Notes: generated from the letters alone by a model not told the origin. A stretch of 64,000 bases of DNA from Gammaproteobacteria bacterium (GCA_021773395.1 JAJFKB010000001.1:1955-65954), one strand, 5' to 3'; shown: positions 1 through 9,536, numbered from the stretch's first letter. Program-made: numbers and translations.

Positions 1-1833
1 CACCGCCTGCGGTCCGGTTAATGCCACTTCACAAGCTTCACTATCTGTGTCTTTTATGATAGATCTTAGTTGAATGACCTGAAGACCCGGTGCCAGATTG
101 CTTTCCTTTGCGGATATCTGCGTACCGATAGTGTTGGCGACCTGAGTCACGCCGTCACCGGCATAAAAGCGGAATACCGCATCCGTAAACTCCAGTCGCG
201 CATCCTCCGTTGCACTACCGTCATCATCGGTAACCAGATTGCTATCGATAACATCAATATCCATATGAGGTGCGACGGTTTCGACCGGATGTTTCAACAC
301 AAAATCGACAAACGACTCGCCACTGCCAAAGCGGTAGGTTGCAACGCCATCACCGGTCGCACCGTTATTAAAAACGCCCGTGGCCGCAACGGTGACGCCC
401 CAATCGCCAATCCCAGTATTGGTATTAATGGTAATGGTTGTATCGTCACCCGGCTCAACCGCCTGATCATCGTCATCATGTGCCGTCACGGTAACCAACT
501 CGCTTTCGCAAGTTGCTGCGGCACCACCGCCAGTGCCTACATGGGTTATCTCGTAGTGGTCGACATCGGGACAAACTCGCGTGCTACCATCCCAGTTATC
601 GCGCGCCAAGATATTGGAACGAATGGTTTGAATCTGAAGCGGTGTCATAGCGTAGTTAAAAACCAGCACCTCATCCAACAGGCCTTCCCAGTCCTGGGTA
701 GCATCAAAACCGCCGCCAACGGAGTCCTGATCCTGACCGATGATCAGACCATTGGGTGAAATATTCAATGGATTGGCGTCGTTGACACTTGGATTTGTAA
801 TACAACCCTGCAATACACCATCCAGATAAAAACAGCTTTGCCGTGAGGCCGCCACTCGGGTCCAGACAAATTGATGCCATTGATTATTGTTAGGTGAAGG
901 GGATATTGATATGTCCGCAGTATCATTAAATGCAGAGGCTGAAATCACCGGAGTAAAACGGCTGGCCGAATCAAACAGCATGACTAGCTCATTGGCAGCA
1001 GCACCACTTCCATATGCGCCTGAAACCAGCGTTTGAAAACCGCCAAGGGAAGTGGTTTTACCCCAGACTACCAGCGTAAAATTGTTCAGCCCGTTCATCG
1101 CTCGATAATTCATGGACAAATAATCGCTGTTACTGCTGGCCCTCAGGTTGCCTGCGCTGCAAAGCAGTCCCTCCTCTTCCGTCAGCGCATTGTTAGCGCG
1201 CCCGTGATAGTTATTGCCGCTGGAATCCTCTATTTCGTTGGGCGTACCGTCCCACAGCAGCTCATCAAATCGCCAATCGGCAACCGGGGGATTGAACGCC
1301 GGTGGTGCCTCCTCGGTTACCTCCAAACTATCAACATGCCAATAATCCCAATCTACACCGCTTCCGCGCAAAAACCTGAAACGCAGGCGTAATCCTGCAT
1401 GTAATCCATCCGGGGGGAGGTTATAAATGCGATTAAAAATCTCGCCCGGTGTTCCATCACCCACAAAAGTTTCCAGCGGCACCCAACTGCCGCTGATATT
1501 ATAATATTCAAATATCAGATCTTCATTGCTATCCGGGTCTTCGCTAAAGCTGTCCGAACCACGCCTGACCCAAATCGCAATATCAACGGCGGGAACATTG
1601 CCCGCTATTGCCGCATTATTGGTAACGGTCACTGTGTTATGGCGCAACCGCAATGAACGCCCCTGATCAGAGGTTTCATTACCGATGCTGGCATCTCCTG
1701 ATCCCGAGACGCTCCATTTATTCAGATTGCCGTTGAAATTATCCCAAAACAGCAGATCTCCAGGTGCAGAAAACCCCAGCCTCGTCATCAGCATGAGAAC
1801 CATGCAGATCATAATAGAGAAACCTTTGATCAT
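1..1833 (-). CDS. mshQ: MSHA biogenesis protein MshQ, N-terminal ~611 aa (3' end runs off the left edge)
   Basis: Absent from the ORF track because no stop lies inside the window. My minus-strand translation from the ATG at 1833 reads MIKGFSIMICMVLMLMTRLGFSAPGDLLFWDNFNGNLNKWSVSG... and stays open to position 1. It has a signal peptide followed by a LamG/concanavalin-like segment (LVVWGKTTSLGGFQTLVSGA...NQWHQFVWTR...LDEVLVFNYAMTPLQIQ). It starts 1 nt after the mshP stop, in the last position of the canonical msh order. The + ORFs 70-759 and 1033-1392 are antisense shadows. Confidence 0.75.
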   Translation of the reverse strand, partial: MIKGFSIMICMVLMLMTRLGFSAPGDLLFWDNFNGNLNKWSVSGSGDASIGNETSDQGRSLRLRHNTVTVTNNAAIAGNVPAVDIAIWVRRGSDSFSEDPDSNEDLIFEYYNISGSWVPLETFVGDGTPGEIFNRIYNLPPDGLHAGLRLRFRFLRGSGVDWDYWHVDSLEVTEEAPPAFNPPVADWRFDELLWDGTPNEIEDSSGNNYHGRANNALTEEEGLLCSAGNLRASSNSDYLSMNYRAMNGLNNFTLVVWGKTTSLGGFQTLVSGAYGSGAAANELVMLFDSASRFTPVISASAFNDTADISISPSPNNNQWHQFVWTRVAASRQSCFYLDGVLQGCITNPSVNDANPLNISPNGLIIGQDQDSVGGGFDATQDWEGLLDEVLVFNYAMTPLQIQTIRSNILARDNWDGSTRVCPDVDHYEITHVGTGGGAAATCESELVTVTAHDDDDQAVEPGDDTTITINTNTGIGDWGVTVAATGVFNNGATGDGVATYRFGSGESFVDFVLKHPVETVAPHMDIDVIDSNLVTDDDGSATEDARLEFTDAVFRFYAGDGVTQVANTIGTQISAKESNLAPGLQVIQLRSIIKDTDSEACEVALTGPQAV

Positions 1834-1834
1834 T

Positions 1835-2305
1835 CTAGGGTTCATTTTTTGCCCCAATTTCAATGGTTCTTATGCCCTGTACCTGGCCCGTTCCACAAAT
1901 TCCTGTACTGGTGATTCTGTAGTAGTTGGTCAGCCCAATCGCTTGAGCTGCACAATTGGCCAACCCCGGGCAACTGCAGCTCAGCGATACCGTGCAAGTT
2001 GCCAGCCCCTGCGTGGCGAAAACTGGTGGGCCGCCCAAACCATCACACCCCGCATCGGAATAAGCTCGCGTGGCTGGCCCCAGGGTATTAAAAAACAGTC
2101 GTGACATGGCCCAGGATGCACCACTTTCTGCAGCGTAAAAAGCGCGGTTTGCCAGTTCTTCCTGGGTTGCGGAAATATTACTTCTCGAGGAGAGCTGTAC
2201 AATGCCGACCGCCAGCAACGCCATGATTACAATCACAAATACCGCCACGGGCAGACTAAACCCCCTCTGACCAATCCGCCGATCAATCTGCCGATTAAGG
2301 TACAT
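1835..2305 (-). CDS. mshP: MSHA biogenesis protein MshP (pilin-like N-terminus)
   Basis: Track ORF 1835-2356. The likely start is the internal ATG at 2305 (MYLNRQIDRRIGQRGFSLPVAVFVIVIMALLAVG), which overlaps the mshO stop. It has a hydrophobic pilin-like N-terminal helix, and its position between mshO and mshQ fits. Confidence 0.7.
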   Translation of the reverse strand: MYLNRQIDRRIGQRGFSLPVAVFVIVIMALLAVGIVQLSSRSNISATQEELANRAFYAAESGASWAMSRLFFNTLGPATRAYSDAGCDGLGGPPVFATQGLATCTVSLSCSCPGLANCAAQAIGLTNYYRITSTGICGTGQVQGIRTIEIGAKNEP

Positions 2306-3131
2306 TACGAATTTGCACCTCATGAAAGATACGCACCGGATCACCATTCTTAACAAAATTCAGCGTTACCGCGAGGATAGCATTTCGCTGCAAGGTGCCC
2401 GCCGTATATTGAAAGTTCAGGTCGGGCAAACTGACATCAATATCCTCTGCCACCAGACTCACCAACGCTCCCGCCGGGGGTGTATCGTTCAGGGAAGCCT
2501 GAATACCATAACCACTGTAATGGGTCAGCGCATTGGCGCTCGCACAAAAGCGTTGTGGCTGTCCCACTAGGTAGACACGCTCGGTGGGCGACGTACGTAA
2601 AAAAGTAAAGGGTGCACCCAGGTCGATACTGCTATAGGTTCCGGCACTGGCGATGACCGTCTGTCGTATTACCTGCGGCCCCGGAGGCGGGTTGTATAAC
2701 TCGCCAGCGGTCAAGGGGGCGATCACCGCATAGTTAGTAGGTGCGCTGCTGAGCGTAAAGGTAGCGGTCGGCAAAGGATTCACAGGAAGCGGAACTACGC
2801 CCACTGTCGCTGTTCCCGCGAGGATGGGGAAAAACTCCACACAACGCCCGGACGCACTGACCCGCACACTGTTCGGTAAAGCATTACGCAATCGCCTTAC
2901 AATTTTCTCAACTGCCACACGACCACTGCCAATCAATTTTGCACGGTCGGCCGAGGCCGTATACTGCTCGGTGGTTTGCACAATATAGCGCGTAGTCCCT
3001 AAGGCCAAAATACTCAGCACCACTATCACGATAATCAATTCTACCAGGGTGAACCCAGCGGTTGCTCTTACCGATAATTTTCTGGCATTAAGCGAGCATC
3101 TACGCATTCGTCTCTTTGTTACCGGCTTCAT
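2295..3131 (-). CDS. mshO: MSHA minor pilin/biogenesis protein MshO
   Basis: 278 aa with the prepilin-type N-terminal motif AGFTLVELIIVIVVLSILALG. Gene order supports the call. Confidence 0.75.
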   Translation of the reverse strand: MKPVTKRRMRRCSLNARKLSVRATAGFTLVELIIVIVVLSILALGTTRYIVQTTEQYTASADRAKLIGSGRVAVEKIVRRLRNALPNSVRVSASGRCVEFFPILAGTATVGVVPLPVNPLPTATFTLSSAPTNYAVIAPLTAGELYNPPPGPQVIRQTVIASAGTYSSIDLGAPFTFLRTSPTERVYLVGQPQRFCASANALTHYSGYGIQASLNDTPPAGALVSLVAEDIDVSLPDLNFQYTAGTLQRNAILAVTLNFVKNGDPVRIFHEVQIRNVP

Positions 3132-3142
3132 GACTGCATCAC

Positions 3143-3670
3143 CTAAAAGTTCGCTCGATAGGCGCTCAGGTCTACCGGCTCACCCACGGGTGGCGTCACG
3201 CGAACAGTGACCAATTTCGCTGGCTGCCCGGTCAGCGTGATTGCTGCGACCTGAACATCCATCGTATAACCACCATAAATTGCAGGCACCGCATTAAACC
3301 CGTCATAATCATCAACATCATCCAACGCGGCCTTGTCTCCTGCTGCAAACGAATTGCAGGGCAAAGCACCCGCCTCGCCGCTATTGCAAGGAGGAAAACC
3401 ACCATTCGGACTGTTCTGGTCATAGCGCTTACCAATAATCTCATCCAGCTGCGCCTGCGCAAGCTCTAATGCTCGCACCTGATAGATAGGATCCACACTC
3501 GACAGGTTGTGCTGATTCAGTGCAGAAAACAGCCCCACCGTAGCGATACCGATGATGATAATAAATACAATCAACTCGATCAGGGTAAAACCTTTTGCCA
3601 AACCAGCCCCTCGGCTTTGCAGTCGAGCACATTGCCTGAAGTGCGATGAATTTTTAGCAGGCATGGGCAT
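3143..3670 (-). CDS. mshD: MSHA minor pilin MshD
   Basis: Track ORF 3143-3718 starts at a GTG. The ATGs at 3670 or 3664 are more plausible starts. Prepilin motif KGFTLIELIVFIIIIGIA. It overlaps the mshC stop. Confidence 0.7.
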   Translation of the reverse strand: MPMPAKNSSHFRQCARLQSRGAGLAKGFTLIELIVFIIIIGIATVGLFSALNQHNLSSVDPIYQVRALELAQAQLDEIIGKRYDQNSPNGGFPPCNSGEAGALPCNSFAAGDKAALDDVDDYDGFNAVPAIYGGYTMDVQVAAITLTGQPAKLVTVRVTPPVGEPVDLSAYRANF

Positions 3671-4109
3671 ACCCGGAATTTTCCAGACAAACGCCGGCTG
3701 ATCCGCCCGTAGCAGCACTAACCGTGAAATTAGTTGCGGTATTGGGCCGACCGAGACTGCTGTAGGTCAAAACAATGGGGGAAGGCGAGATGCTCACATC
3801 CCGGTGCAGCTGTTGTGGATATTTCACACTGCCGACACCATAGTAAGCGAGTGGCGAACCCAGTCGAACAGCAATGCTTTGCGGAGAGCCGGCAATAACA
3901 GAGAATTCAACGGACTGGCCGGACATGGCCAGTTGCTGAGCCTGATTGAGTACGGAGATCAAGTTTTCCTGCTCGATTCTCACCGCAAAAGCACTCTCTT
4001 CGCCGAAACGCGATACCGCGCTAACGGCCAGAATACCCACTAAAATGAGTGTCACGATGAGTTCTAAAAGCGTAAACCCCTGGATATTGGGAGCTTGCTT
4101 TTTATCCAT
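3654..4109 (-). CDS. mshC: MSHA minor pilin MshC
   Basis: Track ORF 3654-4175. The likely start is the ATG at 4109 (MDKKQAPNIQGFTLLELIVTLILVGILAV), which carries a class III signal (G|FTLLE). Confidence 0.7.
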   Translation of the reverse strand: MDKKQAPNIQGFTLLELIVTLILVGILAVSAVSRFGEESAFAVRIEQENLISVLNQAQQLAMSGQSVEFSVIAGSPQSIAVRLGSPLAYYGVGSVKYPQQLHRDVSISPSPIVLTYSSLGRPNTATNFTVSAATGGSAGVCLENSGYAHAC

Positions 4110-4161
4110 AAAATACCCCGAAGGCCTGGGGGAGAAATATCCACGGACGTGTTTCACACCC

Positions 4162-4638
4162 TCACTTGGAGCCACTGAGCGTTAAGCTTGCCAGAATAGT
4201 GGGGGTGGATTTTACTCTAAAATCACAGTCCTTTTCGGCACCCAATGCCAAGTTATTGGTGCCTGAGTCCGGTGCATTGGTGCCACTCACAACCACTTCA
4301 TATTTGGTTGTATCGAATGCTTCCTGCAGCAACGCCTGGGCAACCGCATCGGTACAACCCGCCGTGGTATCCTTAATCGGCGCTCCAACTGCAGCCGTGG
4401 GGCCGCTGCGGCGAGCAAGCCAGGTGGCAAAATTGATATTATTGCCACCATTAACTGCTTCGGCAAACCCCCTGACAGTCGAGCGTTCTGCATCACCGGT
4501 TAAATCCACAAAACGTGGCGCAACCGTGGCCGCCAGAATACCTAACAGCACCACCACGACCACCAGCTCAACCAGGGTAAAGCCCTGCTGGGTTCGCATC
4601 GGACCCATCACTGACAAATTCCGGCTGTTAATAGACAT
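4162..4638 (-). CDS. Type IV (MSHA-family) pilin paralog 3
   Basis: Motif QQG|FTLVELVVVVVLLGILAATVAPRF, with Glu5 and a C-terminal Cys pair (AGCTD...KDCDF). The start is ambiguous: ATGs at 4638, 4608 and 4599, none with a clear SD. Confidence 0.75.
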   Translation of the reverse strand: MSINSRNLSVMGPMRTQQGFTLVELVVVVVLLGILAATVAPRFVDLTGDAERSTVRGFAEAVNGGNNINFATWLARRSGPTAAVGAPIKDTTAGCTDAVAQALLQEAFDTTKYEVVVSGTNAPDSGTNNLALGAEKDCDFRVKSTPTILASLTLSGSK

Positions 4639-4653
4639 ACGATCTATGCTCTG

Positions 4654-5178
4654 CTAGCAACCGCCCAGTTCATAGGTAATAGTCGGCAACTGCGCCGCAC
4701 TGGTAGATTCTGTATAAATCAGGTGGCAATCATCATCTGTCACATTGCCATCTGCATCATAGTCATAACCGGCATTAATTTTGCCGCCCGCCACCTGAAA
4801 TGCAATCGAATTACTGCTATTCAAACCAGATCCATCCGATACCTGCAACAAAGTCTGCATCGCCGTACTACCAGCACCAGTATCGCGCAAATAACCAAAA
4901 CGGGTTGGCACCGTATCATCATTACCGTCACTATCGGCATCAATACCCGGTATCGTCGTAGTCGTGTTACCGAGAGTCTGCTTGCCCTGAATCAACGACT
5001 GCGCATAGACCTGGGTGTTAGCGCTGGTGATTGAGCCCGATAGCCCCGCCAATACTGCTTGACGTGAACTGCCAGTAAAATCCGTAAAGCGGGGTATGGC
5101 AACTGCCGCCAGAATACCCAGCACCACGATAACAATGACTAACTCAATAATGGTAAAACCTGTTTGCTTTCTGTTCAT
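4654..5178 (-). CDS. mshA: MSHA-family major pilin candidate
   Basis: MNRKQTG|FTIIELVIVIVVLGILAAVAIPRF, 174 aa, with a C-terminal Cys pair (DDDCHLIY...LGGC). It follows a 162-bp AT-rich spacer that contains a hairpin. Which of the three paralogs is MshA and which is MshB is set by position only. Confidence 0.75.
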   Translation of the reverse strand: MNRKQTGFTIIELVIVIVVLGILAAVAIPRFTDFTGSSRQAVLAGLSGSITSANTQVYAQSLIQGKQTLGNTTTTIPGIDADSDGNDDTVPTRFGYLRDTGAGSTAMQTLLQVSDGSGLNSSNSIAFQVAGGKINAGYDYDADGNVTDDDCHLIYTESTSAAQLPTITYELGGC

Positions 5179-5259
5179 TTTGCGTCCAATTAATCCGTTA
5201 GGGTTTTTAAATTTAATCTTTTATTAATTTATAGCCCAAATTCCCAAACATACAAGTTT

Positions 5260-5285
5260 GGCAGGAGAAAGTTTCAATTCCTGCC
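5260..5285 (-). terminator. Intercistronic hairpin between pilin genes (possible attenuator or mRNA stabiliser)
   Basis: Stem GGCAGGA / TCCTGCC (7 bp) with a 12-nt loop, about 55 nt downstream of the upstream pilin stop. On the minus strand it is followed by AAACTTGTATGTTT, which is not a clean U-tract. Confidence 0.3.
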
Positions 5286-5340
5286 ATGCCTGAAAAAGGC
5301 GATCTGGGGTAACGATTAAATTACTTTATAGATTAAATAG

Positions 5341-5880
5341 TTATCTTAGGTCAGGCACTGTCGTTATTACCTGTCCGGTCCCCACATTATAGTCAATTCT
5401 ATGCGTCGGTGGATTAGCCGCCACCACTCGTGCCAACTCATAACGACAAACATCCGGATTGGCATTGATTACGCTAATATGGTAACGCGCCTTGCCTCTA
5501 TCCCCGGTATCAACCGAGGTTGAAGGCGGGCTCTGCAATAACGTATTCCAAATCTGCTGGCACTCTTCCTCTGTCTGATCATTAAGGCCTGCTCCCACTG
5601 TATCGGTGTTGGCCGGCCAGCCATTTTCATTCATATTTACATTACTGCCTTCCATAGTGATTAAAATATCAGCTGTACCGGTGCTATGCCCGTCTGCGAT
5701 CCATCGGGCATGCGCCAGCGAGATTCCCGTAGCAAATCCACCCCCCACCGCTTCGGTAGCGGCAGCTTCAGCGTCATCCGTCACATTCAAGAACCGCGGC
5801 AATGCAGTCGCTGCCAGAAGGCCCAGAATCACAATGACAATAATCAACTCAATAATGGTAAACCCCGTTTGCTTTTTCAT
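5341..5880 (-). CDS. mshB: MSHA-family pilin (MshB position)
   Basis: Track ORF 5341-5922. The real start is almost certainly the ATG at 5880 (MKKQTG|FTIIELIIVIVILGLLAATALPRF), preceded by the SD TGGAGGGAG. It has a Cys pair (EEECQQ...PDVCRY). Confidence 0.8.
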   Translation of the reverse strand: MKKQTGFTIIELIIVIVILGLLAATALPRFLNVTDDAEAAATEAVGGGFATGISLAHARWIADGHSTGTADILITMEGSNVNMNENGWPANTDTVGAGLNDQTEEECQQIWNTLLQSPPSTSVDTGDRGKARYHISVINANPDVCRYELARVVAANPPTHRIDYNVGTGQVITTVPDLR

Positions 5881-5923
5881 ACTCCCTCCATTTTTTATAT
5901 TCTTTATTTTCTTTATATTCATT

Positions 5924-6466
5924 TTAGTTCACCCACTCATACCTTGCGAGTGGCTCCAGCTTCAGGCTTTGCGCCACATCCACCCCTTTATCAAACCGCC
6001 CGTTACTATTGTTATCGGTAAAGATCAGATTTAGTTTAAACGCCGCTTCATCCTCGACCGTGCCCAGGCTCACAAAAAAGCTAGTATGTATCACCCGGTA
6101 TATCAAAACTTTATCGTCATCATTAAAATACCATTGCCCCGCTCGCGGCCGCTCATTCAAATCTCCCCACACTCCAGCAGACTCTCCTGCATACTCCCCA
6201 GCATAGTTATCAGGCGCCAGCATGAGCAAAAGCATGGGATTGGTTCCTTCTAGTCGTTGCAGATCGGCCAACTCCGATTCAACCATATGCTCTCCCACCA
6301 CAATCAATACGGATTGCCGCAGACTATCAAGCACCTCCTCCATATCCATGCGCTCTGCATTGGCCGAAAAATCAATAAGCATCCTTAATGCGCCGCTAAT
6401 AAAGATCAAAATCAGCGTCAGCGCAAGTATCAGCTCCAGATGAGAATACCCTCTCTCACCGGTCAA
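5924..6466 (-). CDS. mshF: MSHA biogenesis protein MshF
   Basis: Track ORF 5924-6520 overlaps the mshG 3' end. A TTG at 6466, just after the mshG stop, gives LTGERGYSHLELILALTLILIFISG, a pseudopilin-like hydrophobic N-terminus. The call rests on position between mshG and the pilins. Confidence 0.55.
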   Translation of the reverse strand: MTGERGYSHLELILALTLILIFISGALRMLIDFSANAERMDMEEVLDSLRQSVLIVVGEHMVESELADLQRLEGTNPMLLLMLAPDNYAGEYAGESAGVWGDLNERPRAGQWYFNDDDKVLIYRVIHTSFFVSLGTVEDEAAFKLNLIFTDNNSNGRFDKGVDVAQSLKLEPLARYEWVN

Positions 6467-6470
6467 GCCT

Positions 6471-7700
6471 CTACCCCCCTTTGACGGCACTGGAGAGATC
6501 CCACATCGGCAGGAAAACACCCAGTGCCAGAATCATCACCATCCCTGCCACCACTAACAGCAGGATCGGTTCAATTTTATCGCCCAGGCTCTTCAGGTCG
6601 TAGTCGACCTCCTGCTCATAGAAATCTGCCACCTCATCCAGCAGATCATCCATAGACCCCGTTTCCTCACCAACGGAAATCATCTGCATGACCAGCGGAG
6701 AAAACATTCCACTATTGTTAGCCGTGCGACTAAAGCTTTCACCACGCTCAATACCACTACTCATTGCTGCAATGCGGGCGGCCACATAGCTATTACCCAC
6801 CGCTTTACCAACCACCGCCAAAGCTTGCACGACCGGTACACCTGCACGGACTACCATCGCATAGGTGCGCGCAAATCTACCCAGATTGATTCGCTCATAA
6901 ATACCACCTATTAAAGGGATTTTCAGTTTAATACGATCCCAATTTAAACGGCCATTCTTGGTATTGATATAATAGCGAATCGAGAAAAATACTCCGACTA
7001 CCACCAACAATATCCAATACCAATTGTTAATCGTAAAATCGGAACACCAGATTAAAAAGCGAGTTTGCCAGGGCAGTTCGGCATTAAAGCTCTCAAATAA
7101 TTTGGAGAAAGCCGGAACCACCAACACATTAATCACACCCACCGCCACCGCAATAGCGACAAGGACAAACATCGGATAGCGGGTTGCTGCCCCGATGCGC
7201 TTTTTGGTATCCCTTTCCAGTTCCAGATAACCCGCCACCTGTTTAAATGCCAGATCCAATCGTCCGGTATTCTCACCGACATGAACCACACTGACATAGA
7301 GTTCAGAAAACAGCTTTGGATGCCGATTAAGCGATGACGCCAGGTCAACACCCGACTCCAGGGTTTCTGCCACATCAAACAGCGTTTCCTTAAGCAGAGG
7401 ATTTCTCGCCGAACCCGCCAATCCACGTAACGCGCGAATGATGGGTACCCCCGCTTTCGTCAGACTAAACATTTGTCGACTAAAAATAATCAGCTCGTCC
7501 AGGCTAATGCGCCGGCGCTGGAAAAACTGGCTGGAACCACCCGCCTCCGAAACTCTGACTTTGGCCGCTTCCTGGATACTCAGAGGAATCATTCCCCTGT
7601 TGCCCAGCAGAGAAGCAACAGCGTCAGCATTGGCGCCTTCAAGCCTGCCCGTGACCAGCTCTCCCTGCCGGTTTCGTACCTGGTATTGATAGGTTGGCAT
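6471..7700 (-). CDS. mshG: MSHA platform protein MshG (GspF/PilC family)
   Basis: 409 aa with a duplicated GspF-type domain and three TM segments. It sits immediately downstream of the ATPase gene. Confidence 0.9.
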   Translation of the reverse strand: MPTYQYQVRNRQGELVTGRLEGANADAVASLLGNRGMIPLSIQEAAKVRVSEAGGSSQFFQRRRISLDELIIFSRQMFSLTKAGVPIIRALRGLAGSARNPLLKETLFDVAETLESGVDLASSLNRHPKLFSELYVSVVHVGENTGRLDLAFKQVAGYLELERDTKKRIGAATRYPMFVLVAIAVAVGVINVLVVPAFSKLFESFNAELPWQTRFLIWCSDFTINNWYWILLVVVGVFFSIRYYINTKNGRLNWDRIKLKIPLIGGIYERINLGRFARTYAMVVRAGVPVVQALAVVGKAVGNSYVAARIAAMSSGIERGESFSRTANNSGMFSPLVMQMISVGEETGSMDDLLDEVADFYEQEVDYDLKSLGDKIEPILLLVVAGMVMILALGVFLPMWDLSSAVKGG

Positions 7701-7772
7701 CTATCTTTAATCCTGTTTCACTTGGTTAGCGGTTATGTATTTGGTTTGGGCCAGGGCTAAACCATCACTATT

Positions 7773-9524
7773 TTACAAGGGCGGCTCAACCACTCCCGCA
7801 TCAACATTTTCTTCGGACTCATCCACCTGCTCAGCGACACGGAACACCTCCTCTAACGAGATAATACCCTGCGCTGCATATTCCATGGCGGACGAAATTA
7901 GTGGCTTAAAGCTGGGGCTGGCAATCGCAGATTTAGTAAAGGCAGAGACGTCGTTTCTGCGCAGTGCATCAGCCATCTGTGGATTAATCTCCAGCAATTC
8001 AAAAATACCAATCCGCCCTTTGTAACCAGTATGATTACAGGACTGACAGCCACTGCCCTTTTTAAAGCGGGTACGCGAAAGTTCTTCAGCATCCATAATA
8101 GATTCCAGCAATACCATTTCCTGTTGATCTGGTTCGCGATCCTGCTTACAGTTTTCGCAGACTCTACGCACCAAACGCTGCGATACCACTGCGCGCAAGG
8201 AAGAGGCCACCAGGTAACCTGGTGCGCCGATGTCAATCAGCCGCATGGCGCTGGCCAATGCATCATTAGTGTGCAAGGTTGAAAGCACCATGTGTCCGGT
8301 CATGGAAGCCCGCAATGCAATTTCCGCAGTTTCGTGATCCCTTATTTCGCCCACCAACAGAATTTCGGGATCTTGGCGCAGAGTTGCGCGCAACACCGAG
8401 CCAAAGGTTAGACCTATTTTTGGATTAACCTGTACCTGTGTAATTCGCTCTAACTGATATTCAACCGGATCTTCAACCGTAATAATTTTCTTTTCAGGGC
8501 AATTCAGTTCACTCAGTGCACCGTAAAGGGTTGTGGTTTTACCACTACCGGTTGGCCCGGTCACCAGTATCAAACCATGCGGCCTATGAATAAGTTGGCG
8601 AAAGCGCTCCAGTATAGCCGCTGGCATACCCGAATGGTCCAGATCAATAGCACCGGCCGATTGATCCAATAAGCGCATTACCACTGACTCGCCATGTTGA
8701 GTTGGAATGGTCGACAGGCGCACATCGATAGTGTGATGCTTCACCCTGATGGTAAAACGACCGTCCTGTGGAATACGTTTTTCCGAGATATCCAACCCGG
8801 ACATGAGCTTGAGGCGCAAAACCATCGCGGAGGTAATGCGCTTTTCCTTCATCACATGCTCCTGCAACACCCCATCAATGCGCTGTCGTATTCTGACCAC
8901 ACTGGCGTCCGGCTCTATGTGGATATCCGAAGCCTTAACCTGCAGCGCATCCTCGAAAATCGACTGCAATAGTTTAACAACAGGCGCTTCACTTTCATCG
9001 TCAGCGGTGGATAACTGACCAAGGTCAAACTGATCTTCGCCCAGTTCATCTTGCAGCTCCTCAGCCAGCGTCGAAATTTCACTGGTACGCCGATACACCA
9101 TATCCATGGCGTTCAGCAGATCGGACTCACGCACAACCGCCTGATCGATATCCTGCCCTAACACCCTTGATATCTCATCAAAGGCAAAAATATCCATGGG
9201 GTCTGCCATACCAATCAGCATCACACCATTTTGCTCTTTCAATACAATTGCACGAAAACGACGCGCCAGGGTTTCCGGTAATCTACGTATCAGTTCTTCG
9301 TTAAAATCGAAATTGTTGATATCGATATAGGGAATATTTAGCTGTTGTGACAAGAATCTCAGTAACTGTTCTTCCTCTACAAACTTGAGGTGTACCAGTG
9401 TTTTGCCTAGCCTTAATCCCAGTTTTTTCTGCTGACTCAGTGCCTCTACAAGCTGCTCCTCGGTCAGGACATCGTTTTGTACCAGCAAGTCGCCCAATCG
9501 AATCTTTTTGTTGGGTTTTGTCAT
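7773..9524 (-). CDS. mshE: MSHA extension ATPase MshE (GspE/PilB family)
   Basis: 583 aa with Walker A GPTGSGKTTT and a tetracysteine motif (CENC...CQSC). The N-terminus carries tandem RLGxxLV...L..Q motifs typical of the MshEN c-di-GMP-binding domain. Confidence 0.92.
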   Translation of the reverse strand: MTKPNKKIRLGDLLVQNDVLTEEQLVEALSQQKKLGLRLGKTLVHLKFVEEEQLLRFLSQQLNIPYIDINNFDFNEELIRRLPETLARRFRAIVLKEQNGVMLIGMADPMDIFAFDEISRVLGQDIDQAVVRESDLLNAMDMVYRRTSEISTLAEELQDELGEDQFDLGQLSTADDESEAPVVKLLQSIFEDALQVKASDIHIEPDASVVRIRQRIDGVLQEHVMKEKRITSAMVLRLKLMSGLDISEKRIPQDGRFTIRVKHHTIDVRLSTIPTQHGESVVMRLLDQSAGAIDLDHSGMPAAILERFRQLIHRPHGLILVTGPTGSGKTTTLYGALSELNCPEKKIITVEDPVEYQLERITQVQVNPKIGLTFGSVLRATLRQDPEILLVGEIRDHETAEIALRASMTGHMVLSTLHTNDALASAMRLIDIGAPGYLVASSLRAVVSQRLVRRVCENCKQDREPDQQEMVLLESIMDAEELSRTRFKKGSGCQSCNHTGYKGRIGIFELLEINPQMADALRRNDVSAFTKSAIASPSFKPLISSAMEYAAQGIISLEEVFRVAEQVDESEENVDAGVVEPPL

Positions 9525-9536
9525 AAACTATCTCTT

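Noticed and set aside
70-1392. Plus-strand ORFs 70-759 (229 aa) and 1033-1392 (119 aa)
   Set aside because: Both are antisense to a continuous minus-strand frame that encodes a convincing MshQ N-terminus. Their sequences are low-complexity (R/I/A/T/G-rich) with no recognisable motifs.
4166-4657. 163-aa plus-strand ORF covering the third pilin gene
   Set aside because: It is the exact antisense of an ORF with a textbook prepilin N-terminus. Its composition (S/T/A/V/P runs) is typical of a shadow frame.
5179-5340. Possible sigma54 promoter (TGGCAG…TTGAAA) upstream of the mshA-position pilin
   Set aside because: The GG-to-GC spacing is wrong by 2 nt relative to the TGGCAC-N5-TTGCA consensus, and no GC dinucleotide sits at -12.
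5881-5922. N-terminal extension MNIKKIKNIKNGGS of the first pilin
   Set aside because: The extension is translated from a pure A/T spacer. A strong GGAGGGAG SD sits directly before the internal ATG at 5880, which yields a normal short prepilin leader.
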